A stretch of 64,000 nucleotides of DNA, from positions 906 through 64,905 of the forward strand of contig JAGLOA010000001.1 in NCBI GenBank assembly GCA_023139205.1, written 5' to 3'. The position numbers were made by a program, and so were the translations under genes. Every line of letters begins with the position of its first letter. Position 1 is the stretch's first letter. Shown in pieces: positions 46,418 to 56,121 of this stretch. This DNA is from Candidatus Pacearchaeota archaeon (GTDB taxonomy: Archaea > Nanobdellota > Nanobdellia > Pacearchaeales > GW2011-AR1). Below the pieces are notes generated by a model that saw nothing but the letters and a program-made list of their open reading frames with translations, made no database searches and was not told the DNA's origin.

Positions 46418-47253
46418 CCCCCCCCAAAAATTATATTTGCCAATGTAGAGACCATAAAAGACATCAATACTAAAGCAAAAGAATGTTTTATTCCTGCTTT
46501 AACATTTCCTTCTGCAAGCTTCCCAATTGTTAAACCACTAAAAAAACCCTGAATTAAAAGTAAATATAAAAAAGAAATTGAAATTTCTTCTTGTCCAGTT
46601 TCAGCCCCCATCCCTCCAACAATCCCTCCTATTGAACCAATATCTCCAATCCCTGAAATCATTGGCAAAATTTGAAATTGCATAACTAAAATAATTATTA
46701 CAAAAACAAAAAAGATAATATAACCCTGAACAACTAATGTTGAAATTGCAGCTTTTCTCTCTTTTTTTAATTTGTCTGTCATACGAACAGCACCAGTAAC
46801 TGCATCAAGTATCTCCCCGATTTCTCCTCCTGCTCTTTCTGCCTGACCAATTAATGTCAAGGCTCTGGAAATATTTTTGTGATTAACATCTCTGGAAAAA
46901 ACTTTAAGAGCAAGATTCAAAGGAATCCCCAAAGAAATTTGATTTGCTAATTTTTCTACATTTTTGCTCAAAACCCCATAAGATTTGTCCTTGATATTGA
47001 TAATGCTCCTGCTTATGGGAGTCCCTGTTTTTACACTTTCAACTAAGTTCCTGGAAAACTCCAAAAACATCATTTCTTTTTCACTGGAAATAGCCGCTTC
47101 TTTGATTGTTGCAAATACAAATGGAGATGCTCCAACTAAAACAGCTGACCCAATTATAAAAAAGAAAAAATTAGTGTCAATAAAAAGAATCGAAGAAAGC
47201 AGAATTCCCATTGAGATAATTATTCCAACCCAATATGATTTTTTTATTTCCAT
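46414..47253 (-). CDS. TadC/FlaJ/PilC-like pilus platform membrane protein
   Basis: T2SSF-like helical cytoplasmic domain plus TM segments; coupled to the upstream paralogue. Confidence 0.5.
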   Translation of the reverse strand: MEIKKSYWVGIIISMGILLSSILFIDTNFFFFIIGSAVLVGASPFVFATIKEAAISSEKEMMFLEFSRNLVESVKTGTPISRSIINIKDKSYGVLSKNVEKLANQISLGIPLNLALKVFSRDVNHKNISRALTLIGQAERAGGEIGEILDAVTGAVRMTDKLKKERKAAISTLVVQGYIIFFVFVIIILVMQFQILPMISGIGDIGSIGGIVGGMGAETGQEEISISFLYLLLIQGFFSGLTIGKLAEGNVKAGIKHSFALVLMSFMVSTLANIIFGGG

Positions 47254-47261
47254 TTTATTTT

Positions 47262-48587
47262 TTATTCATTAGGATTTTTTAAATATAAAAATGTCAAAAA
47301 GACTATGTTCATAACAGAAACCCCTAAAATCATTAACAAAGTAATCATCCCGCTGCTTAATGAAATCCCCAATCCACTTATTTTCATCATCATCAATAAA
47401 AGCATTAAAATCATTGGAGCAGCAATAACAACACTAATGTAAATATCCATAAAAGTTTCTGCGGTTTTAGTGTATTTTTCTTTTTCAAGTCTATACTCAA
47501 ATAATAACGTCTCAGCCCTTTTACTAAAAAAACCTGGGAGATTCCCCCCTGAAATAATTGTTGTAGCTAAACTATTTAACAAATCTGTAAGTTTTTTACT
47601 GGGATTATTAGTTGCTACACTTCTTAACGCAGTAACTAAATCATATCCATAAATATTTATCTCATTAATTATCTTTGTAAACTCTCTTTCTAAATAAGGA
47701 TATTCTTTTGTGGAGATTATTATGTCAAAAATTTTGCTTGGTTCTAACATTGAATTAGAAATAGCTGACATCTGAATTACTGCAAAAGGCAATTCTTGAT
47801 CAATTTTGTTTTCAGCAGATTTTTTTTCCAAAGAAGGATAAAAATACATAATGAAAAAAGTTCCTAATGGTATTGCAAACAAAATCCAGAAAACCTTTAA
47901 AATTCTGGAACTAATACTTTCAACGACTCTTGTAATTATTGGGAGGTCTGCACCAATATTGAAAAATAAAAAAAATCCAAAAAGAAAAATTCCTGCAAAT
48001 ATAGATAAAATAGTAGTAAAAATAATTGTAGAGAGATAATTAGAAGGAGTAAATTGCAAATTTGTTTTTATTAAATCTTTTTCTAATTTTATAAAAAACT
48101 CTTTTTTAAGAAGAGACTTTGAAAATTCTCCAAAAATTTTATTTGATAATTCAACATATTTGCTTGGCTTAGGAATTTTCTTTTTCTTTAAAACTTCTTC
48201 GCCTCTCTTTAGTCTTTTCAAAGTTTCTTTTTCAAGTTCTGAAAGACCCATTTTAGAAATACCTTTTAATCCTAAAAAAGGATTTTTTTTGAGTTTTTCA
48301 ATCTTCTCTTTTTTGACTTTGTGTTTAGGAAGTTCTTTTTTAATTTCTTTTCTTTCCCTAAGAATTAATGGTTTTGAAAAACCAATCGACTTTAAAATTT
48401 TTGAAATATCTTCGCTGGTTTTTTTCAAAGAATTTTTCAAATCTTTTATTTGACGAGAGATAAGCCTTTTTTCTTTTTCATCATCTGTGTTTCTGAGATA
48501 ATTAAACATATAGTTTAATTCATGAATCGTTCTTTTTTCTTTTAAGATCCCTGCCTTTAATTTTTCCCAGGAATTTTCAATCACCAT
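47262..48587 (-). CDS. TadB/FlaJ/PilC-like pilus platform membrane protein
   Basis: T2SSF-like domain (..LVTALRSVATNNPSKKLTDLLNSLATTIISGGNL..) with flanking TM helices. Confidence 0.5.
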   Translation of the reverse strand: MVIENSWEKLKAGILKEKRTIHELNYMFNYLRNTDDEKEKRLISRQIKDLKNSLKKTSEDISKILKSIGFSKPLILRERKEIKKELPKHKVKKEKIEKLKKNPFLGLKGISKMGLSELEKETLKRLKRGEEVLKKKKIPKPSKYVELSNKIFGEFSKSLLKKEFFIKLEKDLIKTNLQFTPSNYLSTIIFTTILSIFAGIFLFGFFLFFNIGADLPIITRVVESISSRILKVFWILFAIPLGTFFIMYFYPSLEKKSAENKIDQELPFAVIQMSAISNSMLEPSKIFDIIISTKEYPYLEREFTKIINEINIYGYDLVTALRSVATNNPSKKLTDLLNSLATTIISGGNLPGFFSKRAETLLFEYRLEKEKYTKTAETFMDIYISVVIAAPMILMLLLMMMKISGLGISLSSGMITLLMILGVSVMNIVFLTFLYLKNPNE

Positions 48588-48681
48588 AAAATATTTAGGA
48601 TAATTGGCTTTTTATATTTTTTATAGTTCTTTTTTAGCACCCATCAAAAGATTATTAAACTAAAATAATACCTTTTGTTTT

Positions 48682-49287
48682 ATGAAACATATATTTGAAA
48701 AAGTTTGGGAATTAGCCCTTCCTTATCAGGATAAGCGGGATGATAGAGGACACGCTGAAGTAACTTTTAATTATGCAAAGAGATTAGCAAAATTAGAAGA
48801 GGGTAATAAAGAGATTATCCTTCCCGCAATAATTTTACACGATATTGGCTGGAGCCAGTTGCCAAAAGAAAAAAGATTTGTAATTTTCAATGAAAATGCA
48901 ACTAAAGAGGAAAAATTAGCTGTTAGATATAAACATCAGGATGAAGGAGTTATGATTGCTAAAAAAATTCTAAAGAAGGTGAATTATCCTTTAACATCAA
49001 GTCACGAAATTTTGGAGATAATTTCCCAGCATGATACAAGAAACGGATTTATCTCAAAATCAGAAGGATTAGTTAGAAATGCAGATAAATTATGGAGATT
49101 TTCTAAAACAGGATTTAAAGCAGATGTAATGAGAAATGGTTTTACTTCAGAATTTATTTATGAAGGATTAAAAAAACAAATTAAACTGCCAAATTTTCTT
49201 TATCCTGGAATTGCAAAGCAAATAGCATATCAAGAACTTGAATTAAGAAAAGAAGAATTTAGCAACACAAGAAATTTAAATAAATAA
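48682..49287 (+). CDS. HD-domain phosphohydrolase
   Basis: H...HD motif: GHAEVTF...ILHDIGW. Confidence 0.6.
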   Translation: MKHIFEKVWELALPYQDKRDDRGHAEVTFNYAKRLAKLEEGNKEIILPAIILHDIGWSQLPKEKRFVIFNENATKEEKLAVRYKHQDEGVMIAKKILKKVNYPLTSSHEILEIISQHDTRNGFISKSEGLVRNADKLWRFSKTGFKADVMRNGFTSEFIYEGLKKQIKLPNFLYPGIAKQIAYQELELRKEEFSNTRNLNK

Positions 49288-49299
49288 AAACTTATAGCA

Positions 49300-49551
49300 A
49301 TGAAAATTAAAAATGGTAGTTGTGTTATGGAAGCCTGGAAATTAAAAGAAAAGGATAATGATGAGGGGAGCGTATATTATGTATATAAGATAGACCAGAA
49401 GTCAATTAACCATGCTTATTATCTTCCTTATTCTCTTCAAAATGAAAAAAATTTAGATAAAACAGCACTTAATCAAAAAGAAAATGGTTACCCGCATTAT
49501 CCTCCTCTTACAGTTCGTGAAGTGTTAAAATATGGAAGAAAATTTTTTTAA
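49300..49551 (+). CDS. hypothetical protein
   Basis: 83-aa ORF. Confidence 0.3.
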   Translation: MKIKNGSCVMEAWKLKEKDNDEGSVYYVYKIDQKSINHAYYLPYSLQNEKNLDKTALNQKENGYPHYPPLTVREVLKYGRKFF

Positions 49552-49799
49552 TTAAAAATTATCTTATTGTTTCTGAAATTTGTTTCTGAATCTGCAGCAT
49601 AATTTTTTTTGCCTTGTTGAATTTTTCATTATCTTTCTTTTTATAATATTTTTCTAATTTTGGTTCAGCTTCCTCAAAAGAGTGAATTAATTGATTCAGA
49701 AACAGGAGGTCTTCTTTTTTCATAAATCAAATAAGAAATAGGTGTTATTAAATATTTTGATTAAGATAAATTTAAAAACAATAATCCTTTATTTTAACT

Positions 49800-51560
49800 A
49801 TGAATATGAAAAAGAAAGGGGTTTATTTTATTTTAGGATTTATTTTATTGGTAGTAAGTATTTTTACTATTAATGCAGTTGTAGATAAAGATAAAGCCTG
49901 GCATAATTCTAGTGAAATTTTAGTTACAATCGAAGGTTATACAATGACTTTGGAGGAAGCAATAACTAATAATGTTTTCATTGATGGAGCAATAGAATCA
50001 TATACCTCAGAAATTCCAAATCCAGGTCATAGTGCAGAAGAAGTTTGGATTTCAGTTGATGGCGATGAAAAAACTTTGCAAACTGCTATAGACGAATTAT
50101 CAACCTCAGATAGTCTTTGCAGAGCTGGTGAATTATTATGTAAACCAATTTGTAATTTTGTAGGAACTTTCAAGGAATGTTGGTATGATCCTTGTGCAAA
50201 AGAATGTATCGGGGGTTTGTGTGAGGGTAATAAAGCTATTTGTGAAGAAATAGGATTCCCTGAAGAAGGTTGGTATAGTTCTCGTAAAGGAGAACTTATT
50301 CTTCTTGGAAATTGTGCTTACGAATCTTCAGATCCAAGCAAGGTAGATAAAAGCCAGTTTGCAAATGAAATTGAAGTTTCATCAGGCATAAGTTTACAAG
50401 ATTCTATTGATTCTGGAGATTTTTGTTGTGTACCAGATTGTGTTGATAAACCCTTTCAACCAGATGGTTGTGGAGGAATTTGTGAATGTAATTGGTTAGT
50501 TTCTAAACCATCTACTGTTTTTGAATTTGAGGCTAATCATGGATCATGCAACTCACTCCAAAAAATAGACGCTACCCATTATTTAAACACTTATCTGGGT
50601 GCTGATTATGATGGATATGCTGTTGTTTTAGAAGTAAACCCAACTGACTGGTCAATTTCTAAACCTTCTACTGCTTTTGAATTTGATACTTCTCGTGGAT
50701 CATGGAACTCACTCCAAAAAATAGACGCTACCCATTATTTAAACACTTATCAGGGTGCTGATTATGATGGATATGCTGTTGTTTTAGAAGTAAACCCAAC
50801 TGACTGGTCAATTTCTAAACCTTCTACTGCTTTTGAATTTGATACTTATTATGGGATATGGAACTCACTCCAAAAAATAGACGCTACCCATTATTTAAAC
50901 ACTTATCAGGGCAATGGTGAAGATGGATATGCTGTTGTTTTAGAAGTAAATCCAACTGACTGGTCAATTTCTAAACCTTCTACTGTTTTTGAATTTGATG
51001 TTTATAACGGTCTATACAACTCACTCCAAAAAATAGACGCTACCCATTATTTAAACACTTATCAGGGCAATGGTGAAGATGGATATGCTGTTGTTTTAGA
51101 AGTAAATCCAACTGACTGGTCAATTTCTAAACCATCTACTGTTTTTGAATTTGATACTTCTCAGGGAGCATGGAACGCACTCCAAAAAATAGACGCTACC
51201 CATTATTTAAACACTTATCGGGGTGCTGATTATGGTGGTCATGCTGTTGTTTTAGAAGTAAATCCAACTGACTGGTCAATTTCTAAACCATCTACTGTTT
51301 TTGAATTTGATGCTAATTATGGTGATTACAACGCACTCCAAAAAATAGACGCTACCCATTATTTAAACATTTATTCTCCTTTTGGTGGTCATGCTGTTGT
51401 TTTAGAAGTAAATCCAACTGACTGGTCAATTTCTAAACCATCTACTGTTTTTGAATCGGATGTTATGATTTATAACTCACTCCAACAAATAGACATCACT
51501 CATTATTTAAACACTTATTATGGGGGTAAGGGTTATGCTGTTGTTTTAGAAATAACTTAA
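49800..51560 (+). CDS. pilin-like/secreted repeat protein (class III signal-like N-terminus + 7 tandem 52-aa repeats)
   Basis: MNMKKKGVYFILGFILLVVSIF then VDKDKAWH; C-terminal half is WSISKPSTVFEFD..NSLQKIDATHYLNTYQG..GYAVVLEVNPTD repeated about 7 times. Confidence 0.5.
   Translation: MNMKKKGVYFILGFILLVVSIFTINAVVDKDKAWHNSSEILVTIEGYTMTLEEAITNNVFIDGAIESYTSEIPNPGHSAEEVWISVDGDEKTLQTAIDELSTSDSLCRAGELLCKPICNFVGTFKECWYDPCAKECIGGLCEGNKAICEEIGFPEEGWYSSRKGELILLGNCAYESSDPSKVDKSQFANEIEVSSGISLQDSIDSGDFCCVPDCVDKPFQPDGCGGICECNWLVSKPSTVFEFEANHGSCNSLQKIDATHYLNTYLGADYDGYAVVLEVNPTDWSISKPSTAFEFDTSRGSWNSLQKIDATHYLNTYQGADYDGYAVVLEVNPTDWSISKPSTAFEFDTYYGIWNSLQKIDATHYLNTYQGNGEDGYAVVLEVNPTDWSISKPSTVFEFDVYNGLYNSLQKIDATHYLNTYQGNGEDGYAVVLEVNPTDWSISKPSTVFEFDTSQGAWNALQKIDATHYLNTYRGADYGGHAVVLEVNPTDWSISKPSTVFEFDANYGDYNALQKIDATHYLNIYSPFGGHAVVLEVNPTDWSISKPSTVFESDVMIYNSLQQIDITHYLNTYYGGKGYAVVLEIT
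50492..51556 (+). repeat. tandem coding repeat, 156-bp unit x about 6.8 copies
   Basis: Near-identical 156-nt units (e.g. 50648-50803 vs 50804-50959); last units are 150 nt and partial. Confidence 0.8.
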
Positions 51561-51620
51561 TTTCGCCCACCCCAATTTTCTTTCGGTAAAATTATTGTAT
51601 GTCTTGACGAATAAAAAATT

Positions 51621-53168
51621 TCACTCAACACCAAATTCCTTTAAAACTTTTTTAGGTTGTTTATAATATCTATTAATAACTTCCTGAACTTCTTTAAAAT
51701 GAAAAATTCTTTTCTCATATAAATTATTAATTAATTGAACTCTTCTTTTAAATTCTAAAGTAATTTCTTCCATTGTTATTCCATGTCTTTTTGAAATTTT
51801 TTCAAATATTTTACTCCCTTTTTTAAAATAAAATTGATCATCATTTGGATTCCAGACAAACGGAGTATTGGTTAAAGCAACCCCCTCAGGAGTTACATTA
51901 ATCATCTCTACAATCTCCCTAAGTTTTCTGCTTTTTTGTTTATTTACAATCGCGTGAGTCATAACACAAACACAGTCAAGAACATTTAACAAAGTTGGAG
52001 ATAATTCTATTGGAGGTGTTTCTAATCTTTTTATAACAGTGTCAACAGATTCTGCGTGAAGAGTGCTTATAGAAGAATGACCTGAGGCCATACCCTGAAA
52101 TAATACATATGCTTCTTTGCCTCTAACTTCCCCCACAATTACATAATCAGGATTCTGTCTAAACGAACTTTTTAATAATGTAAACAAATCTATTTCATTT
52201 TCTTCTTTTATTCCTGTTGTTCCTCTTGTTACACTTGGCAGCCAGTTTTCTCTTGGAAGATTTAACTCTCTGGTATCTTCAATACTTACTACTCTTGCCT
52301 CAGGAGCAATAAAAAATGCAATAGCATTCAACAAAGTTGTTTTACCTGAAGCAGTTCCACCAGTAATTAAAATATTCATTTTATATTGAACTAAAAGCCA
52401 TAAATATGCTAACATCTCAGGACTTAAGGTATTAAACGCCAAAAGTTGAAAAGGAGTCCAGGGAGTTTTAGTGAATTTCCTAATTGTAAATGTAGGTCCT
52501 TTACTTGTAATGTCTTTTGTATAAGTAGCATTTACCCTGCTTCCATCAGGTAAACTACCATCTAAAATTGGCTGCGAATAAGAAATATATTTTCCGCATC
52601 TTTGAGCAAGTTTTTCAATAAAACTCTCAAGTTCACTTTCATTATCAAAAATTAAATTTGTTTTAATGTTCCCATACAGCCTATGAACTAAATAAACAGG
52701 ACTCTTTACCCCATTACACTCAATATCTTCTACAAAATAATCCCTTAACAAGGGTTCTGTTTCATTAAATCCAATAAAATCTCTGCAAAGATAATAATAA
52801 ATTTTTTTATAACTTTCATAAGGAATATTCATCCCTAATTCTGTTGCGAGGATCTTAAACCTCTTATCAATATACTTTAATAAATTGTCTTTCCCCTTTC
52901 CAACAATATCCCTAAAATTAATTAAATCTCTCATAGCAGAGATTATTTGTTTTTTTAACTCCTCCTCATTCTTATCTAATTTTGGTTCTTCAATTTCATA
53001 GATAAGTTCATAAATTTTTGGATCCCAGTGAATATGTGCAAAAGCAAACGGAGACACTAAGCAATATCTCACATCAATTTCAGATTTATTTTTTACTTTT
53101 TTTAAAGGAGGAATTTTAGGAGAAAAATCAATTGGAATTATTTCATAATCTTTTAGTGCTTTGACCAT
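51621..53168 (-). CDS. type IV pilus/archaellum-type secretion ATPase (FlaI/PilB/VirB11 family)
   Basis: Walker A ILITGGTASGKTT, Walker B/Asp box, His box; 515 aa. Confidence 0.8.
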   Translation of the reverse strand: MVKALKDYEIIPIDFSPKIPPLKKVKNKSEIDVRYCLVSPFAFAHIHWDPKIYELIYEIEEPKLDKNEEELKKQIISAMRDLINFRDIVGKGKDNLLKYIDKRFKILATELGMNIPYESYKKIYYYLCRDFIGFNETEPLLRDYFVEDIECNGVKSPVYLVHRLYGNIKTNLIFDNESELESFIEKLAQRCGKYISYSQPILDGSLPDGSRVNATYTKDITSKGPTFTIRKFTKTPWTPFQLLAFNTLSPEMLAYLWLLVQYKMNILITGGTASGKTTLLNAIAFFIAPEARVVSIEDTRELNLPRENWLPSVTRGTTGIKEENEIDLFTLLKSSFRQNPDYVIVGEVRGKEAYVLFQGMASGHSSISTLHAESVDTVIKRLETPPIELSPTLLNVLDCVCVMTHAIVNKQKSRKLREIVEMINVTPEGVALTNTPFVWNPNDDQFYFKKGSKIFEKISKRHGITMEEITLEFKRRVQLINNLYEKRIFHFKEVQEVINRYYKQPKKVLKEFGVE

Positions 53169-53681
53169 TTATTTTACCTCCATGTCAATAACATTTATAT
53201 CTCCACCTTTATTAATTATTGTTAGTTTATAAGGATTAGGAGATTCTGTTATTGTTTTTAATTTGTCTTCAAGTTGATAAGTTATATTATATTTTTCACC
53301 ATAATCTCTTGTTATATTTACTAAATTAAAATTTCCTTTAGGTTGAGTATAAATAATTAAATTACCGTCGGAAATGGGAATTCCGGGTTCACTATAAACA
53401 TGTTTACTTTCTATTTCAAAATAAATTAAATCATTTTCTCCATCAATAATTAAATTTCCCTTTTTTATTGTTGGTCCAAGTATTCTTTGATTTCCAGGAC
53501 CACCCATATGTAAAATAGTAGAATCAATATCTTTAATCATACTTATTGATTGTTCAATAATTGCTTTGTCTTGAAACTCTTCTATTTTTGGTTTTGCATA
53601 AGCAAGAACTAACCCAATCATAGCAAATGCAATTAAAGTATAAATCACAGTTTCTACCCAAATTTGCCCCTTTTTATTCAT
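53169..53681 (-). CDS. archaeal prepilin-like protein
   Basis: MNKKGQIWVETVIYTLIAFAMIGLVL. Confidence 0.45.
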   Translation of the reverse strand: MNKKGQIWVETVIYTLIAFAMIGLVLAYAKPKIEEFQDKAIIEQSISMIKDIDSTILHMGGPGNQRILGPTIKKGNLIIDGENDLIYFEIESKHVYSEPGIPISDGNLIIYTQPKGNFNLVNITRDYGEKYNITYQLEDKLKTITESPNPYKLTIINKGGDINVIDMEVK

Positions 53682-53717
53682 CCTCTAAAATACCAAAATT
53701 AGTTTATAATATTTTCT

Positions 53718-54302
53718 CTAAGCCAAAGATAAACAATCATCAATTCCAGATAAAGAATCAGACATTTCACATTGTTTTCTATTGATTATCGGAGCAATCT
53801 CAATTAAGTCTGGCGTTTCTGTAAAAGTATTTTCTAGATAAGTAAGACCTGAATTTTTATCAGGCATTTTTACTGAATCATTATTAAAAACCCCAGAACC
53901 ATAATTAGCTAAATGTGCAAATGTTTTAGCTTCATTAGTTATTGTATAACTTTTTGTAGAACCTGCACTGGAAATTGAAACCAAAATAGAATCAATTTCA
54001 ATATCCTTTACACTTATTGAAAATTGCAAATTACCTGAAGTAGAATTATAACAAGTATACAAACTATTTATTGAAACTTTTCCATAACTTCCCATGCAAG
54101 ATTCAGCATCTTCTAGTCCTTCTTCAACAAGATTATTCACAACAGTCCATACAATTACCACAGTAGCCATTACCAACGCAATCATAAGAACAGCAGTAAT
54201 AACTCCTGAAAGCCCTTTCTTATTTTTTGAAAAAAAACTCTTCTTCAGAGAAAATTCTTTTCTTTTATTATATTTCAATTTTATATCCATATTGTTCTTC
54301 AC
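53718..54302 (-). CDS. archaeal prepilin-like protein
   Basis: KKGLSGVITAVLMIALVMATVVIV. Confidence 0.45.
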   Translation of the reverse strand: MKNNMDIKLKYNKRKEFSLKKSFFSKNKKGLSGVITAVLMIALVMATVVIVWTVVNNLVEEGLEDAESCMGSYGKVSINSLYTCYNSTSGNLQFSISVKDIEIDSILVSISSAGSTKSYTITNEAKTFAHLANYGSGVFNNDSVKMPDKNSGLTYLENTFTETPDLIEIAPIINRKQCEMSDSLSGIDDCLSLA

Positions 54303-54714
54303 ATATATAAGCTTTTTTTTCTTTACTCATTAAAACAGGGATTAAAGTAATTTTGTTTGCACCACTAATCTCTGAATTTATATTTTCTGAAAAAGCTCCT
54401 CCTTGATTTAATCCTAATGCAGGCCAATCTCCTTCAATTTCTTTTGTAGAGTGGCTACCTTCTTTTGAGATTTTCATTTTCATTCTATAAATTGGAGGTC
54501 TTCCTGTATTTACAATACTTAAAATTCCTGTTGAATCAGAATAACTTGCATCAAATTTAACATCTGCACAAACAAGTTTCACATTCTTGCCAAATTTAGT
54601 TCCTTCTTCCTGGACAATTCCCCGAAACCATAAAAAAACAATTAATCCAATTACAATCACCATAGCAATTAACAAAACAGTTGCAATCACCGGCGATATA
54701 CCTCTTTTATTCAT
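54268..54714 (-). CDS. archaeal type IV prepilin (class III signal peptide)
   Basis: MNKRGISPVIATVLLIAMVIVIGLIVF, the canonical archaeal pilin N-terminal domain. Confidence 0.6.
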   Translation of the reverse strand: MNKRGISPVIATVLLIAMVIVIGLIVFLWFRGIVQEEGTKFGKNVKLVCADVKFDASYSDSTGILSIVNTGRPPIYRMKMKISKEGSHSTKEIEGDWPALGLNQGGAFSENINSEISGANKITLIPVLMSKEKKAYICEEQYGYKIEI

Positions 54715-54748
54715 TTTAATATTAGTTTATTCTTATTTTTAAATCTTC

Positions 54749-55270
54749 TTAACTTATTGTTTCACTAACTTTTGCATCCCCGCAACTTACAAATCTAATT
54801 TTGTTTTCTTCTTCTTGAAATCTTGTAGGAATAATTTCAATAGAATAAATTTCTCCAATTCCTGTTGCACTTAAATCAAAAAGATTATTTATTTTTTCAT
54901 TAGGCTTTAGAGAATTATCCATGTGAAGCAAGACATACCCTCCTTTATCTTTACCTTTTGGAGTATATTCTGCTAAACTTATCGTGGCTAAGACCTCTTC
55001 ATCAGAAATATTCCTTGCATAAATAAAATATCCTGCAATATTGAATTTCCCATTATTTATTAAACTTAGGTTTAATATTGATGTAACACTATTAAAATCA
55101 GCTTGTTCTATAAAAATAGAAACTCCTTCAGGGCATTCAATAACATCTTTTGGAATATAAGTTTTCAAACTCCTGTAAACAACAAAACTAATTATAATTG
55201 CAAATACAATTAACAAAACATATCCAATCATGATACTTACACCTTTTTTTGATTTACCCTGTAACAACAT
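54749..55270 (-). CDS. archaeal prepilin-like protein
   Basis: SKKGVSIMIGYVLLIVFAIIISFVVY. Confidence 0.45.
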   Translation of the reverse strand: MLLQGKSKKGVSIMIGYVLLIVFAIIISFVVYRSLKTYIPKDVIECPEGVSIFIEQADFNSVTSILNLSLINNGKFNIAGYFIYARNISDEEVLATISLAEYTPKGKDKGGYVLLHMDNSLKPNEKINNLFDLSATGIGEIYSIEIIPTRFQEEENKIRFVSCGDAKVSETIS

Positions 55271-55793
55271 ATTGTTCTCCTTCTATTTCTTGAGCAAGGA
55301 TGAAATAAAAATTTTCCCCTTTTCTTAATTCAAATTCATAAGCAGATCCCCCCACAATAACAATTACATCTTCCCCGGGGTTTTCATAAGTTTCACTGGT
55401 TGCATTTTCACCACCTATTTGTAATGAATAACTGCCAGTACCTGTTTCTATGTTAATTATTTCTTGTTCAAGTTGTTGATATCCTAAAATAGTTATATTG
55501 TCCTGATTACCAAAAATAAAAACTATTTTTTGAACTTCACCATACTCTGAATATGCTTCAATAAAACCTTCTAATAAGTTTAACATTTGTGCCTCATCAA
55601 ATGCCCAGTATGTTCCATATGCCAAAACATTTTCACTCTCAATTTCTAAATCCTCTTTTAAATCATAAAGTTTTGTTTGTTCATCTTTTTCCAAGTAATT
55701 TGAAACCCCTGCAAAAACAATTATTAACGCAATAATAATAACTGCTGAAATTAAATAAAATTGACCTCTCTTATTCATCCCATGAAACACCAA
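55254..55793 (-). CDS. archaeal prepilin-like protein (probable true start at internal MNKRGQ)
   Basis: MNKRGQFYLISAVIIIALIIVFAG. Confidence 0.45.
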   Translation of the reverse strand: MVFHGMNKRGQFYLISAVIIIALIIVFAGVSNYLEKDEQTKLYDLKEDLEIESENVLAYGTYWAFDEAQMLNLLEGFIEAYSEYGEVQKIVFIFGNQDNITILGYQQLEQEIINIETGTGSYSLQIGGENATSETYENPGEDVIVIVGGSAYEFELRKGENFYFILAQEIEGEQYVVTG

Positions 55794-55828
55794 AATAAGT
55801 TTATTAAACTTTTTATAATAAGATCAGT

Positions 55829-56087
55829 GTAGACTCAGAGGGTTGCTCTTAGATAATTAAAAAGCTACCTTTATTTTTCCTCGGTTCTGCGACCTGTCAA
55901 GCATCTTAACAAATGTTTAGGGCTGCTCCGATCAAGGTCTGACCCAGTTCGCATATGCAAGATCAAAACAGACAAAACGTCAACGTCCAAACAAAGACTT
56001 TTCAACGCACTAATCACGCCCCTCCTTGCAGTCTGCCATAAAGCCCGTTTGCAAAAGGCAGAGGGCTAACCTGCCAACCTAGTCTAC
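55829..56087 (-). ncRNA. candidate signal recognition particle (7S/SRP) RNA
   Basis: About 260-nt GC-enriched ORF-free island. On the minus strand, 5' GUAGACU pairs with 3' AGUCUAC (terminal helix). 5'-domain hairpins GGCAG-GUUAGCCCU-CUGCC and UUGCA-AACGGGCUUUAUGGCAGAC-UGCAA have complementary loops (AGCCC/GGGCU, Alu-domain-like). The apical hairpin GGGUCAGACC-UUGAUC-GGAGCAGCCC resembles the helix-8 SRP54-binding consensus GGUCAG..AGCAGCC. Confidence 0.5.
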
Positions 56088-56121
56088 AAAAAAGATAGAA
56101 ATAAAGAGTTTTTAAGCTTAA

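Noticed and set aside
50492-51556. Possible CRISPR array suggested by regular repeats
   Set aside because: The period is 156 bp, the whole unit (not just a short repeat) is conserved, and the array is in frame within a 586-aa protein, so it is a coding tandem repeat. No CRISPR-like 25-40-bp repeat/spacer arrays were seen anywhere in the window.
55829-56087. RNase P RNA as an alternative identity for the GC-rich ORF-free island
   Set aside because: No match to the universal P4/CR-I (AGGAAAGUCC..GGGC) or CR-V (ACAGAA.CCGGCUUA) sequences on either strand, whereas a helix-8-like GGUCAG..AGCAGCC hairpin is present, so SRP RNA is preferred.
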